Below are positions 11,888 through 26,236 of a DNA stretch of 64,000 nucleotides, in pieces (the stretch's first letter is position 1; every line of letters starts with the position of its first letter). The DNA lies in contig NC_087436.1 in NCBI RefSeq assembly GCF_036321535.1, positions 62,002,001-62,066,000 of the forward strand. Reading direction: 5' to 3'. Position numbers and translations under genes: made by a program. The DNA comes from Camelus dromedarius (Eukaryota). The notes below the pieces were generated by a model, which saw only the letters and a program-made list of their open reading frames with translations, had not been told where the DNA came from and made no database searches.

Positions 11888-12321
11888 TGTATTAGTTTCC
11901 TGGGTTGCCGTAACAAAATGCCATGAACTGGGTGTTGTAAACAAGAGACATGTATTGTATTAAAATCTGGATATCCGAAATCAAAGTGACAGCAAAATTG
12001 CTTCCCTTCTGGGGCTATGAGGGAGACTACTCCATGCCTCTCCCGGAGGGTGATTTGCTGTGTATCTTTAGCATTCTTGGGCTTGTAGATTCTTTACTCT
12101 AATCTCTGCTTTTATCTTCATGTGGAGTTCTCCCTGTGTGCCTGTCTCTGCCCACATTTCCACTTATTATAAGGATCCCAGTCATGTTGGATTAGGATCC
12201 ACCCTAATGACTTCATTTTAACTTGATTACCTCTGTAAAGGTCCTTCCAAATAAAGGCACACCCAGAGATACCCGGAGTTAGGGCTCCAGCATATCTTTT
12301 TTGAGGGATAAACTCCAACCC
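11888..12321 (-). mobile_element. MaLR solo LTR (MLT1B/C-like)
   Basis: tgtattagtttcctgggttgccgtaacaaaatgccatgaactgggtg..; gtcatgttggattaggatccaccctaatgacttcattttaacttgattacctctgtaaag. Confidence 0.9.
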
Positions 12322-13528
12322 ACTCCAGATAGGAATATATTGCAAGAAATAGGAAAATAATTTTAAAAATTTAAAGTTCTTTTTTATCTTGAAAGAAAAC
12401 CTCTCTCCAAAGTCTCTACACAGCACATTTACGAGGATCATTTTTTCACCCAACTCTAGCTGGTGGTGCTTAAAAGCCACTCAGACCTTAGTCCTCACCC
12501 TCCAGAATTAATCTAGACCAACTCCTCTTTATCTGCTGTGATCTTGCTCTTAAAATAAAGTGCTCTTCGATTTCTCATTCCACAAACCTGTCTCCATATT
12601 TAGCATTTGCCTGGCTCCTTTGATGAATGACCAGGTTCAAGTTCACTTTTCTGCTTGACTTGGTAGCTGTCATCGAGGAAACCACTTTTGGTGTTTTCAG
12701 GCTTTCCTCTAAGCCCGTTTGTGTTCATCTATCAAGTCCAGTTTTAGTACCATGAAAATGACGGGCTTTATACATCCTCTGTTCAGCCTCCCATGGAAAA
12801 TGCCCTTACTGATATTTCTGAACAAAGCCAAACAATTCTGTGCTCTCTTCCATGTGACAGCACTAAAAAATATTTGAAGAAAACTATGTTATGCTTTTTC
12901 TGTACTATTTTTTCTGTTTCAGTTGCCCATCTAGGCCTTGTTTTTCTTAAATTCTTACATATCCTACAAGGATCAGCTCAAATATCACCTCTGCAAAAAA
13001 TCTGCAAACCTCAAACCCTGGCTGTGTTAACCATTATTTCTACTAAGTTGTAGTTCTCTGCATGCCTTAGATTATCCGTTATAATTTATTGTAATTATTT
13101 ATTTCGTCTTATTCTACCCACAATGCTATCTGCCTCTTGGGTACAGATGTTTTTTGTAAATCATCTTTTCAATTCCAGGGCAAGGAATTAAAATGAAAAT
13201 GAAAACTTATAGGCAATCAGTAATTTAAATTTGAATAGATGAATGAATGAATGAATAAAAGGGTTATGAGCTCTGTAAGCATTATCTTCAAGTTGGATAG
13301 TCATCAATTCTTCGATATCTTATTATATTAGGTCTACTAGCTATCTGGTTAAACATCTGAGTTCATTCTCATTAGTCCATGCTTTGCTTAAAATACGGCA
13401 AACAACTGAACAAAAATGATCCTGATTTTGGAATATAACATCCAGTTAGGAGTTATTGCAAGCTTTTATTCTGAGAATGACACATAGCATTACTTAGGAT
13501 AATCTAAACTTTGGTAAAATACACTATC

Positions 13529-14192
13529 TGCAGTGGTTAATTTTATATGTCAACATGAATAGGGCTAAAATATGCCCAGAAAGCTAGTAAAACAGTATTT
13601 CCGATTGTGTCTATGAGGGTGCTTCCAGAAGAGATGAGCATTTGAATCTGTAGACTGAGTAAAGAAGATTGCTCTCATCAGTGCAGGTGGGCATCATCCA
13701 ATGCACTAAGAGTCTCAATAGAACAAAAAGGTGGAGGAAGAGAAAATTTGCCCTTTGCTTGAGTTGGGACATCTATCATCTCCTGTCCTCTGACGTTGGT
13801 GCTCTTCGGTCTCTGGCCTTCAGATTTGTGCTGGGCCTTATATCGTCACTCTCCCTCTCTTTCCATCCGCTATTCTTGGGCCTTTAGAGTTGGACTGAGA
13901 CTTAAACACCATTGGCTTCCCTGGTTCTCAGGCCTTCAGACTTGAACTGCACTGCACCACCCACTTTCCTGGTTCTCCAGAAGACATCAGATGCGGGACT
14001 TCTCAGCCTCCATAATTGCATAAGCCAACTCCTATAAAAATATATAAAGGTATAGACATATATGGATATTTATATCTAACTATTTATATGTGGATATGTG
14101 GATATCTGTCTATCTATCTATCTATCTATCTATCTATTTATCTATCATCTATCTAATCTTACTGGTTCTGTTTCTTCAGAGAATACTAATAC
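13529..14192 (+). mobile_element. ERVL solo LTR (MLT2B/D-like) with internal (CTAT)n tract
   Basis: tgcagtggttaattttatatgtcaac..gagatgagcatttgaatctgtagactgagtaaagaagat..ggttctgtttcttcagagaatactaataca. Confidence 0.9.
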
Positions 14193-14979
14193 AGTACTCA
14201 AATTTTAACTGCTTTAAAAATGATGTAATCATTTCATATAACGTTGCAAGCTTGGGCTGATACACTTTGAAAGTTTAATTGGTTCCTAGAGTAATACCTG
14301 CACTTTTATCCTTTATATATTGCATGCAGATTCACTTTTGAGATTATCAAACAGAAAGACGTGGCACAAGCATGGGGGCTTTTTATTTACCAGTACTCAA
14401 AGTCAGATGTGCTTTCTGCTCACAGACCATCAGTTGGAACTTAGTCACCTGGCCAAAACTAATTACAACAAGTGAGAAAATGCAGTTTAGTTGTGTGCCT
14501 TGCAAGAAGAGGAAGCAGGTTTGGGGGGACAGATAGCAGTTTCATATATGCTGTAGAGACATTCTTTTGTTAGAAAGATTGTGAGAAAGGGATAATTAGG
14601 GGATTGAGATAATGACCCAACTACTGAAGCCAATAAAAATTTAGTTAACTGTCTTTAATAGAGCACTCTGGGAAAGGCATTGATCTAAGTGAACATATAT
14701 CTGTCTACTTACCTACCTACCTATTTAACCACTTATATAGTTTTATCAAAAGAGTGAGTTAAATGTATTTTAAAATTAGAAATTAGGCAAGAACTCCTTC
14801 TACTGAGAAAAGTAATGCAGATTGTAGCTGATGAAGTTGAAAACTAATAATAAATTTTATGTTTGGAAAGTAAAACACAGTAAAGGAATTTTTTTCATAG
14901 CATCTTGCATGTATATATGCTTTTGATAGCATCTTGTGTGCATCTATCTATAGATCTAGGTATATATACATATATTCAT

Positions 14980-15140
14980 TTTAAAATCATAACAACATTA
15001 TGAGGTTGGTTGATAAAATATATAATTGCCCCAATTTTACATAAGAAAAAAAGAAGTCCAGAATTTTCCCAGGTCACATATTGGTGAGACAAATCTATGA
15101 CTGAACACTGATTATTCACTCTGGTAGCTGGAATGTGAGC
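14980..15140 (-). mobile_element. MIR relic
   Basis: attgccccaattttacataagaa..cccaggtcacata. Confidence 0.5.
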
Positions 15141-15619
15141 CATCATGATATAGTCTACTTTGTACTGTCAGCGGGAGGAATGAAAGAAAAAAGGCAGGTT
15201 TCAAAATAAGATAGGCAGATAATGGGTTGAATATAGGAGGGTAAAGCACATAAATTTTTAAATATTCCATTACCCAATATTATCCAACATTTTGAAGTCC
15301 TAGAGAGATCTGATAGATATAAGATACTATGTCTGATAGATATAAGATTTGTAACTGTACACTTGTAGAGAATTAATCATTAATCAAACTAAACTGCCTC
15401 ACCATCTATAACTGAAAAATAATCATCAGTTCTTCACAGCCAACTTCATAGTATGTGTTCATACAACACCCTTTTCTAGCTCTTCTTATAAACAATATTA
15501 CCAGATAGGCAATGAAAGCTTGTCAGTGATGCTCCTCTGTTAGTTTCTGTGCCTTTTGAAGAGCCAAATCTGTGAAGATAACAGCTAAGTTCTTTCCCAA
15601 TTGGGAAAGAAGGTCATTA

Positions 15620-17400
15620 TACAAAAATTTATATTTTAGAAATTTTATGTTTGGGGCACTATGGAATGTATTGACTGTGATAAGTATATATTTTGTTCTT
15701 TACATTCATTTCCTTAATTTTTACTGTTTCTATTTTTTATATAGTGTAAGCTAGGGATTTTACTTTATCTTTTTTCCACACAAATAGACAATTTTTCCAG
15801 CATCATTTGTTGAAAAATCTGTCATGGTTATGATTATGTGCAATGCCTCCTCTGTCTTATATCGTACTTTTCTATGAAAGTGATTCTGTTTATAGTGGTC
15901 TGCTGGTTAATACTGCCCAAAGACAGTTGGAAAAGTAAGTCCACAGAGCTAGTATTTCTACCAATTTTTTTGTTCATTATGGACCACTATTTTTCACATA
16001 ATTTTTAGGATCAGTTGTTAGTTCATGAAAGAACTTTTGAGAATTTAAATAAAATGGTATAGGTCTTATATATTTCTACATTTGTTCAGATCTTCTTTTA
16101 GGTCTTTTGATACAGATTTTATATTTTTTTCTGAAAAGCTCTGTATCTTTTATGAAAAATCCATGTCAGACATCTTAAAATATTGATATTTTTGTCTACT
16201 ATTGTGCATGATACATATTAAAATAACGAATCTTTCTGTTTTGGATGTTGGAGACATCCAAATTTTGGATATAGATACTGTATGATCTCACATGTTACAA
16301 ATATTCTTTACTAAGTTTCTTAAAATTCTTGTGAGGATAATTAAGGGCATGAAGAAAAAAATTGCTCTTTTGTGTTCTCCTTTCCGAACATAAAACTTAT
16401 TATTTTTTAACTTCACCAGCTAGTATCTACATTTTATTTCTCAATAGAAGGAGTTCTTTCTTAACTGCTAAATTTAAAGTACATTCTGTGTGATACATCT
16501 TTTCATGAAGTTATGGAAGCTCACTTATATTGACAGGTTGCTGAGATGTTTTAATAAAATACTAGTCTTCGTATTTTGCATTAATTGTATGTTTCCAACC
16601 TTAAAATGTTAATATATTTAAAAACATATTACTTTAATTATAAATTATACTTGCATATCTGTGACATACTGAACCTGATTATGATGTATGTTTATTTCAT
16701 AAAACTTTATTGTATTCAGTTTGCTCATATTTTTGTGCATGATATATTTACAATAATTTGTGAAGTTAGATGATAATTTTAATTTATTTCATGAGTCCTG
16801 CCTGGTCTTGCATCAAAGATGTACTTGCTTTATGTAGGGAAATTAAGACATTCCATTTTTTTCTATTATCTCAATGTTTATATGAGAGTGGTAATATATA
16901 TTATTTGAAGTTTTGATAGAACTTGCTAATAAAATACAGGTTTGATGCTTTATTTGGGGAGGAGCCTTTAAATATTGATTTGATTATTTAATACCTATAA
17001 AACAGTGTACATTTCTAAGTTTTATATTAGATTTGGTAAATTATAGTTCTAGAAAGTTGTACATTTTGCTTGTCAAAATTCTAGCATTTATATTGCATAG
17101 CATCTTGCAATAATGGTTGTTAAAAAGGCTTTATTTTTAATACTATTTTTCCATACCCTTTCTTTATTCCTTGATCTATTTTGCCAAAAGTGTGCCACTT
17201 TTATTAGTTGTTTCAAGGAAACATCCTTTTAGTCTACATTTATTATCTCATTAAGCTTTTATGTTGTTTTATTTCTAGATTATCTAGCTTCCTTTTCTTA
17301 TTAATGTAGCTTCTGAATTGAACACTAACTTAATTTTTTGAAAAATGTCAATGTTTTAATAGATGTTAGAATTTTCTAAGTATTTAGTTATATTCTGTAA
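15620..17400 (-). mobile_element. Highly degraded old L1 ORF2
   Basis: aatttttccagcatcatttgttgaaaa; ttttaggatcagtt; attcagtttgctcatatttt; tttgatagaacttgctaataaaa. Confidence 0.65.
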
Positions 17401-19231
17401 CTTGTCTCTAGCCTCATACAAATATTTTAAGCTTCTTCCAGTTGCCATAACACAGCCTATCAAAAAGGGATTTCTTATAGAATGCCCATCCTAATTCAAG
17501 GACACTCAAAATAATCTTTTGAAGTGTTATAATTTCTACTTTGGAATACACATATTTCATTAAAAGCTATCTGCTTCACCTGTAGAAATGATTTTATGTT
17601 TGGTTTAGATGAAGGGAAGGGATCGAGTGGTATGATAAGATCATTGCCATATTACATTATTTGTAAACGTACTTTTTTTTTAAAACATGCTTTTACGTGT
17701 TTAAAAACCTAGGAGTTTGAAGAGAGCAATTTGAAAAATAAAATATTTATGTGTGTATAGATACATATTTTTTTCTCCTTCATATGTTTCTTATGTATTG
17801 TTTTCTTTTCTGGGGGAAAAAAACAAATTAAGCTCCCTGAATCTAAAACTTTATCTTGATTTTGGATGTTAAATTTTCTTACCTTATAAGACCCTTATAA
17901 AAATTGTCTAATAAATCCTCACTTTCCCTTTGTCCTGTCACAAAGCCAGCCTAAAGTTAATTTAACATCACCAGTAGGTGAAGATGATGTTGGAGACACA
18001 ACAAACTGGGAGCCAGCCAAGCCCTGTAGTCAAGCACTGCAGGTCCATGCTGCTTCCCCCAACCATGGCCTATTGGTCAGTACTTCAAATTTTTGGTTTC
18101 TTAGATCTCATTAGAAATCCTCAAAATGCCTTTGGGCTACTTTTTAAACCAACACCCCAGTGGAGAAACAAAGTCTGAAACCCTTCTCACCTGTGGTTTT
18201 ACTTTTGTTTCTTATAACTATGTGTATTCTGCTGATTCCATACGTACAAAGTACTAGGAATAAAATCAATACTGACATTTGTCTGCAAACAATGTCAAAT
18301 GCCTGACAGTCATGCAATTCACTTCACAAAGTGAGAAACCAAACATTTTGATAAGTGAAATGATTACCTCCCGGTTCTCCCTGATATCAAAACTGTTACT
18401 TGCTAGCCTTCATCTTAAGGATGGAACTCAGCTGTTCATAAAAACTTCTCTTAATGAGGAATAGTTGGGCTAGTGACAAATGATCATTATCCTTCCTTCT
18501 TTGCAAAAAAAAAAAAAAAGCCTTGACATGATGAAGTACTCTAATCGATTCCAACCTCTCTTTTGTTGTCAAGAAATCCATTAACCTACGGGGAACTGTG
18601 GCCTTAAAGCCCAGAGATTCAGCATTGTTGATTGAGGAAGATCCGTATTTTTTGTTTGGCAGTGTTACCTAAATTAAAGGGATAAGAAAAATGGCCATGG
18701 TTTTTTCCCCCCCTTTTCCCCAATAGTATGTTTTTTCTTCCATTCTGATTACTCCTCCTGAAGAGAGAGGGTTTTTAGATAGATCAAAGTGTGTTCAGCC
18801 TGGACCTTTCCCATATCTGGGCTACTTCTAGAATTTTATAGGCATGGTGCAGCTCAAACTAACACTCCCTTCTCCTTGGCAGTGTCTCAAATATTTATCT
18901 GAGGTTTCCTCTAGACTCCTTGATGGTATCAATCTTTCAGAGTCAACTAACCTTACTTTTCCATAGGGAAAATCACTGTTTAAATCAGCATTAGTAATAG
19001 CATAGATTCTGGGTTCTACTTTAGAATGGTCTCAGTATTGGAATTATTAAATGAACTCGATATGATTGACAACTTTTGAAGAAAGTCATCTTTGAAAATT
19101 CTTTTGACATTATCAAATAATAAAATAGCTAAAACCTCTTTTTTAATTTAGTGAGTTACCATAAAATGTTTGCAAGTGCAGACTATATATATGCTAATTT
19201 TATAATTGAATAGAAATAAATATCTTAGGAA

Positions 19232-19232
19232 G

Positions 19233-19263
<31 letters not shown>

Positions 19264-19276
19264 TATATATGTATAT
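19232..19276 (+). repeat. (TA)n microsatellite
   Basis: Perfect then interrupted TA run. Confidence 0.9.
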
Positions 19277-19634
19277 GAAGTTTTTCCCACGGGAGAGGAA
19301 GAATATATATCCAAGATCTGAGAGAGAAACTCTAACAATCTAAATATGGCCATTCCTTGTCTTGGGATTCTTCTTTCTGTGAAACAGCTAAAGTATTTAC
19401 CTTAGTGAATGGGTTACGACACAGTCCATTTCTTACGGTTTTCCAGTATAAAGACAGGAAGGGTGTGCCAGAGAATGCAGATATGAGCGAAAACAACTCT
19501 TAGGGAACAGACTCGATCAGTTTCTATTAACTCAGGCCTTCACTTTCCATACTTCTCTCATCCACCTCCTGGCCCAATGAGTTTTCTTTTATATTAAAAA
19601 ATATACAGTGTATTCATGCCCTCTTATTCATTAC

Positions 19635-20385
19635 TTTTTTTTTTCTTTGTGTGTGTGTGTGTGTATATTTTTAAGTATAGTCAGTTTACAATGTATCAAT
19701 TTCTAGTGTACAGCATAATGCTTCAGTCATATATGAACATATATATATTCATTTTCATATTTTTTCCACCATAAGTTATTACAAGATATTGAATATAGTT
19801 CTCTGTGCTATACAGTATACTTACTGTTTATCTATTTTACATATAGTAGTTGGTATCTGCAAATCTTGAACTCTCAATTTATCCCTTTCTACTCCCTTCC
19901 CCACCAGTAACCATAGTTTGTTTTCTATATCTGTGAGTCTGCTTCTGTTTTGTAAATAAGTTCTTTTTTTTTTTTTAGATTCCACATATAAAGGATATCA
20001 TGATATTTTTCTTTTTCTTTCTGGCTTCCTTCACTTAGAATGACAATCTCCAGGTCCATCCATGTTGCTGCAAATGGTATTATTTTATTATTTTTTATGG
20101 CCAATTGTATTCCATTGTATAAATATACCACAGCTCCTTTGTCCAGTCATCTGTCAATGGACATTTAGATTGTTTCCATGTCTTGGCTATTGTTAATAGC
20201 GCTGCTGTGAACATTGGGGTGCATGTATCTTTTGAATTAAAATTCCCTCTGGATATATGCCCAGGAGTGGGATTGCTGGATCAAATGGTAAGTCTATTTT
20301 CAGTCTTTTGAAGAATCTCCATACTGTTTTCCAAATGGCTGCTGCACCAAACTACATTCCCACCAAAAGTGTGGGAGGGTTCCCT
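19635..20385 (-). mobile_element. Relatively young lineage-specific L1 3' end
   Basis: Poly(T) at 19635; aagtatagtcagtttacaatg; the minus strand encodes the ORF2 C-terminal motif IIPFAATWMDLEIVILSE (ORF 19925..20131). Confidence 0.92.
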
Positions 20386-20939
20386 CATTCTTTATTAAAA
20401 CTTAACTTCTAAAAATATATGTTTATAACATGTAAGATTTTCAAAATATTAACAATAGGTAGAGCATAGTAAGTGTCCAGTCAGAACTGGTGGGAGGCGT
20501 GGTGCTAGAACAGGGTCGTAGGGAGCCTCTACTGTGCCAGGCACTAGCCCTGGGAGAATATCTGTCAAATATACATAGACTTCCCAGCACCTCTGAAATC
20601 ACATTAGGACTAGCTGCTTTTTTCTGAGGTGAGTTATAAAATAGTGTATAATTATGTGCACTTAATTGGTTGATTTATTTATAGCACTTTGGGGCTGTTT
20701 TATTATTGACATTTAGGAAATTTATATTTCTAAGGCCTAAAGTACATTGTTCCTGGAATTATATGCTAAGGGACTACCAAGTACAGAATCAATGAGTTTT
20801 AAATTTCTTTATCTTAATGATTGCTGAAATGTTGATTATAACAGTATCAGTAAAATGGTAAAGTCAAAATATTTTATTTCAGTAAGTTAGTTCAAGCTAT
20901 ATTCATTCAATATAATAAGACATTGCTTAGATATATTTT

Positions 20940-22800
20940 CTTTACCTTATAAACATTCTTTCATCACTTATGAAAATAGATGTAAAAATTCTGAGTAAGA
21001 TATTAGCATTATAGTTCAACCGTGTATCAAGAATAATATACTATGATCAAATAGGTTTAATTTAAGAACTGGAAGGGTGGTTTCAATACAATTATATATG
21101 CTTATAGTATCAATTACATCAACACGTAAGGGGGAAAAACACGAAGATAAACATAAAAATGTAGAACATTTGATAATATTTCACTATCATCATACATAAA
21201 ACCCTAAACATACATAATAGATGAAAACTATATAAATATTACAAACTACTTAAATTTACTTAGTAAAAATACCATCCCAATGTGGAAATCTTAAAAATAT
21301 ATATATTTTAATTAAAACAGGAACTAGCCAGTGTTGCCAGTTATCATCTGTATTTGTTTAATGTTGTCTTAAAGTTTGTAGCAGATGTACTGGACAAGAA
21401 AGGTAAATAAGCAGCATAAACATTGGAACATAAGAGGCAAGTTTCGCTCCTTTACTATGATTGAATTCCTTATGATTGAATTCCTCAAAAGCCAGAGAGC
21501 TTCCAGTAAAAACTGCCAGCAAAAAAAAAGTTGATAATTTTGTTCTATATGATATTAACATGTAAGTCAATTGCTATTTATGCCAGCAATATGCTTCTAG
21601 TAGTAAAAATAGGAAAAAGATGCTATTCACAATACCACATAAACTCTAAAAACTTAGAAATATGTTTTAAGAAGATAATAGAAGTTATATTAAAAATCTT
21701 AGTGAAATATAGAAATGAGATCTAAACATATGGCAAAATACATATGTCCTTGGTTATGAAACCAGTGTCTTACAGATATGAATTCTCCAAATACTTTTAC
21801 CTTTTCAAAATAATTCCTGTGCCCCCAGGTAAACTAACTTCAACATTCATCTGGCACAGTAATATTTTACAATATCTAAGAAGAAATTTTAAAAAGAAGA
21901 AAAAGAGTGCTAAATTCTCAATATCATTATCTCTTAATATAATCATAACATCAATGTGGCACAAGCATTGGACTAGATGAATAGAGCAGAGCCAAACAAC
22001 ATGATTTGCAGAGACAGATTTCGGTATAAAAGAATATATTATATGAAAAATGTTATTTCAATTCAGTGGGAATGAGATGCACTATTTGTTAAATAATCTG
22101 GCCTATACTGGTGATGCTTCTAGAAGAAAATTAAGTTTGTGTACCAACCTTATAGTACAGATGAAAGATTTTTCCAAGGATAGGATTGTACATGCAAAAA
22201 AACCAACATATATATATATATTTTATATATATATATATATAAAATCTTAGAAAAATCTAAATCAATCCTGTACAGTTTAGAATCATAGAAAATATCATTT
22301 GCCAAAAGTAGAATCTTAGAAACCATAAAAAATAATACAAGCATGCTATTTGGAGAAATTATATATCTACATATTCTTTAATTTAGAAAATACTCAATTG
22401 GTAAGAGTCTAGAGTCTGGAATTCACAAAGAGTTCTTCACCATTACAGAATTGACAAGGTAAAAGCAAGCAACTTCAGTGCATAAGTAGACTGAGATTTT
22501 GAATAAGAAATTGTGAGAAAAGCGTGTTCAAATGGTTAACAAATGTGAAAAAGTCTTTAATTCACCAGTAGATAAATAACAATTTCAGTAACATGAGATA
22601 GTTTATATACATTAGACTGGGAAATATTTGAAATAGACAATTTTTGCCAACTAGGAGGAAAATGGTATTCTCACACACTGAGATTGTAAAATGTGAAATT
22701 ATAAATACACTGAAAAACAAACTGAAAAAATATATTAAAATTTTAATTTATGTACTTATTATCCTATCAAGCCTAATCACAGAAAACTATTTTCTCAAGC
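20940..22800 (+). mobile_element. Highly degraded old L1 ORF2 (RT and downstream)
   Basis: aatagatgtaaaaattctgagtaagatattagca; tatgatcaaataggtttaatt..gggtggtttcaata; aacaggaactag; gtattctcacacactg. Confidence 0.7.
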
Positions 22801-23007
22801 AAATTTTAAAGTACAAGTGAAAATAATAGGCTTTATTTTTTGAACTACTCACTACATAGTCTGAAGTCTCTTCCTTGAAGACAAGTATAGGCTGATTTAA
22901 TAGATCTGTCTTCAAAACGCCTGTTACCCTCCTCACCTCTCTTACCTCCCTCTTCCCCTCTGTGTAAACCAAGATAGATAAACGTAGAACATAAAGATAA
23001 ACATGTA

Positions 23008-23353
23008 AGTGATATCATATGATATCACTTGTATGTGGAATCTAATAAAATGATACAAATGAACTTATTTACAAAACAGAAACAGACTCACAGACTTAGA
23101 AAACAAACTTATGGTTACCACAGGGGAAAGTCAGGGGAATAAATTAGGAGTTTGGGATTAGTAGATGCAAAGTACCATACATAAAATAGCTAAACAACAA
23201 GGTCCTCCAGAATAGCACAGAGAATGATATTCAGTATCTTGTAATAACCTATTATGAAAAAGAATGTACATAACCTATTATGAAAAAGAATATATATATA
23301 AGAATGTACACCAGAAAGTAACACATTGTAAATCAACTGTACTTCAATAAAAA
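23008..23353 (+). mobile_element. 5'-truncated L1 3' end (artiodactyl-type 3'UTR)
   Basis: atgatatcacttgtatgtggaatct..gaacttatttacaaaacagaaacagactcacagac..acattgtaaatcaactgtacttcaataaaaa; probable TSD taaacatRta at 22998 and 23359. Confidence 0.9.
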
Positions 23354-24384
23354 TATTGTAAACATATATGAAAGTTTATTGCAATATTTTTATAGAAACA
23401 ATATAGAAACCTATCATTCTTTGTGATGATCTAAGAAGTTATACCATATCTACAGCATGGGGTAATATGTAGCCATTAAATAAAGAATTAATTTAAGCTC
23501 CATCAGTTGACTTTCAAGGTATTGCAAAAGGTATGTCAAGAAAGAAATGTGAGTTGAAGAAAAATGTGTCACACTTGAATCTTTTTGACAAAAATGATGA
23601 TGAATAGTCTCTTATAAATCTATATTAAGTAGACACATAGAAAAACGTGGTAATATGTATATTCCATTATTAACTTGGTTTACACAGAGGGGAGGAGGTC
23701 AAGTAAGAGAGATGAGAGGGTAAGACAGGCATTCTAAAGACAGCATTTTGAATCAGCCTGTACTGTGTAAAATTTCGTATGTGTATAAATGACCTTAAAT
23801 TAAACTTATAAATAATTGTAAAGAATTTTTAAAATGAGGAAGAACTTTAAAGAAGAGACCTCAAGACTAGGTAATGAGTAGTTCAAAATATATAGCCTAT
23901 TATTTTTATTTGTACTTTATTAATCAAGCTTATTTCAGTGTGGTAAAGGGGTTTCATTTAATGATGTTAAAAAAAATCTAACAAAATCACTCTTGCTTAA
24001 CTTTGTGTATAATGCATATACTGTGTGAATTTCTTCAAAGATGGTCAGAAAAAGATGATCAAAGAAAAATAAGCAGTGAAATGGCTAAGTAGCTGTCATT
24101 TGTAGATTGCATAGCTGATGTCACATTTGTTTATACTTTAGTAACTATTATCTTCCTGTCTACTTCAGAAGTTTCATTTCACATGTGACAGACTGCCAAA
24201 TTGAGGGTGTATTTCTATTTTCTTTATGAATATTCATTATTTTAGGGTTATTTAAAATGTATTATTGTCAGAAAACTTGGAAGATTATTATATAGTACAT
24301 TTATTGGTATTTATTTTGTGTATGAAAATAAATGTTTCACCTTAGGACAGAGCTAAAAAGAACACCTAACAAAATCTTTTCTTT

Positions 24385-25458
24385 AAGAATTTATATTTTA
24401 GAGCAATTTTAGATTCACAGCAAAATTGAGGGGACTGTACAGAGACTTCCCATATACCCCCCTATTCCACACATATGGACCCCTTACCAGCATCCCCAAC
24501 CAGAGGGGTACATTTGTTTCAAATAATGAATTGTACATGGGCACATCATGAACACCTAAAGTTCATAGTTTATGTTATGGTTCACTCTTGGTATTGTACA
24601 TTCTGTGGATTTGGACAAATGTATAATGACAAGTATCTGTCATTACAGCACCATACCGAGTATTTTCACTGCTCTGAAATCCTTTACGTTCCACCCATTC
24701 ATCCCTCTCATGCCCCTAACCCCTGGCAACCACTGATTTTTTTTCTACTCTGTCCATAGTTTTGTGTCTTCTAGAATGTTATATATTCTGGAATGAATAC
24801 AGTATGTAGACTTTTCATATTGACTTCTTCCACTTATAATATTCCTTTAAGATTCCTCCTTGTCTCTTCATGGCTTGATAACTCTTTTTGTTTGTTTGTT
24901 TTTGTACTGAATAATATTTCATAGTCTGAATATAGCATAGTTTATTTTTCCATTAACCTGCTGAAGATATCTTGGTTCCTTCCAAGTTTTGAGCAATTAT
25001 AAACAAAGCTGATATAAACAGCCATATACAGTTCTTTGGGTGGACATAAATTTTCAGCTAATTTGAAGAAATTACTAAGGAGTGTGATTGCAGGATCATA
25101 TGGTAAGAATATGATTTGTTTTGTAAGAAACCTCCAAACCGTCTTCCAAAATGACTGTACTATTTTGCATTCTCACCAACAATGAAGGAGAGTTTCTATT
25201 GCTTCACATCTTTATCAGCATTTAATGTTGTCAGTGGTCCATATTTTGGCCATTTTATCAATGTGTTTTAATTTGCAGTGTCATTTTAATTTCCCTCATA
25301 CGATGTGGAGCATTTTTTTCATATGATTATTTGCCACTTGTAAATCTCTGGTAAAGAATCTGGTCAGGTCTTTGGCCCATTTTTTTTTTTCAGTTGGGTT
25401 GTTGGTTTTTATTATTGCATTTTAAGAGTTTGTATATTAAGGATAATAATCCTTTAGC
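24385..25458 (-). mobile_element. L1MC1/L1MB-like 3' end
   Basis: ttttagagcaattttagattcacagcaaaattgag..cagagacttcccatataccccc; cccctggcaaccactgat; ggatcatatggtaaga. Confidence 0.9.
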
Positions 25459-26236
25459 CAAAGAACACTTTTTTACATTGTTCATTGTTCTTTTTCTTAC
25501 AACTTATTACTTTGTCAAGAACTCAGCTGACACAGATATACAATAAGAATCATTATGACTGAGATAAAGTGAAGGACATCTACCTGAAAGGACAGTAAGG
25601 GTACTAGCATGTTATGGGAGGAATGAAGAGTATAAAAGCTGAGAGCATTCAGCCTTCATTCTCTTGTAATTTAGAACCAGTTGAAATAACATTTTAATTA
25701 TGTTAATATGAAGCAAAAGTATACCACATTAAAAGCAAAATCAGGTTACACAGAATTTTTAGTATAGCCTTTGTATTATTAGGATATTTACAGTTGCTAG
25801 GAGAAATTCTGAAGAGTGTGCTTTCTAATGTCTAGACATTGATATTTTCAAAGTCCAAGTCAGAAACATATTGCAATTAAAATATAGTAGGATAAAAATG
25901 ACCCCAAATTGGAGTCTGCAATGTAGAATTTATAAGGAAAATATTCCTTAATTTTTTAAAGTGGTCATTAATCATTCCAACTGTATAACGCTCTGAAAAT
26001 TTTGTATTTATAATGAAGACAACAGGGATTTCATATAGATTATGAAATAGTGAAAAGGCCACCAGAACTAGGAACACTGTTTTGTCCTTCTTTTTTTTTT
26101 AATACAAATGAACCATCTGGCTTTGGGAAAATCAGTTAATATTTATTCTGCTTCTATGTCCTATGACCATATAACTCAGTTTACTTTGAATACTCCTAGT
26201 TTGTGTCTGTGTCCTAGTGAAATGTTAATCAGGTAC

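Noticed and set aside
18191..18252. Minus-strand micro-exon (cctag .. cag/gtgaga)
   Set aside because: The polypyrimidine tract is short, and such sites are expected by chance.
21456..21485. Short tandem duplication (tatgattgaattcct x2, and similarly 23243-23290) as a CRISPR-like or functional array
   Set aside because: Only two copies, inside decayed L1; ordinary slippage duplication.
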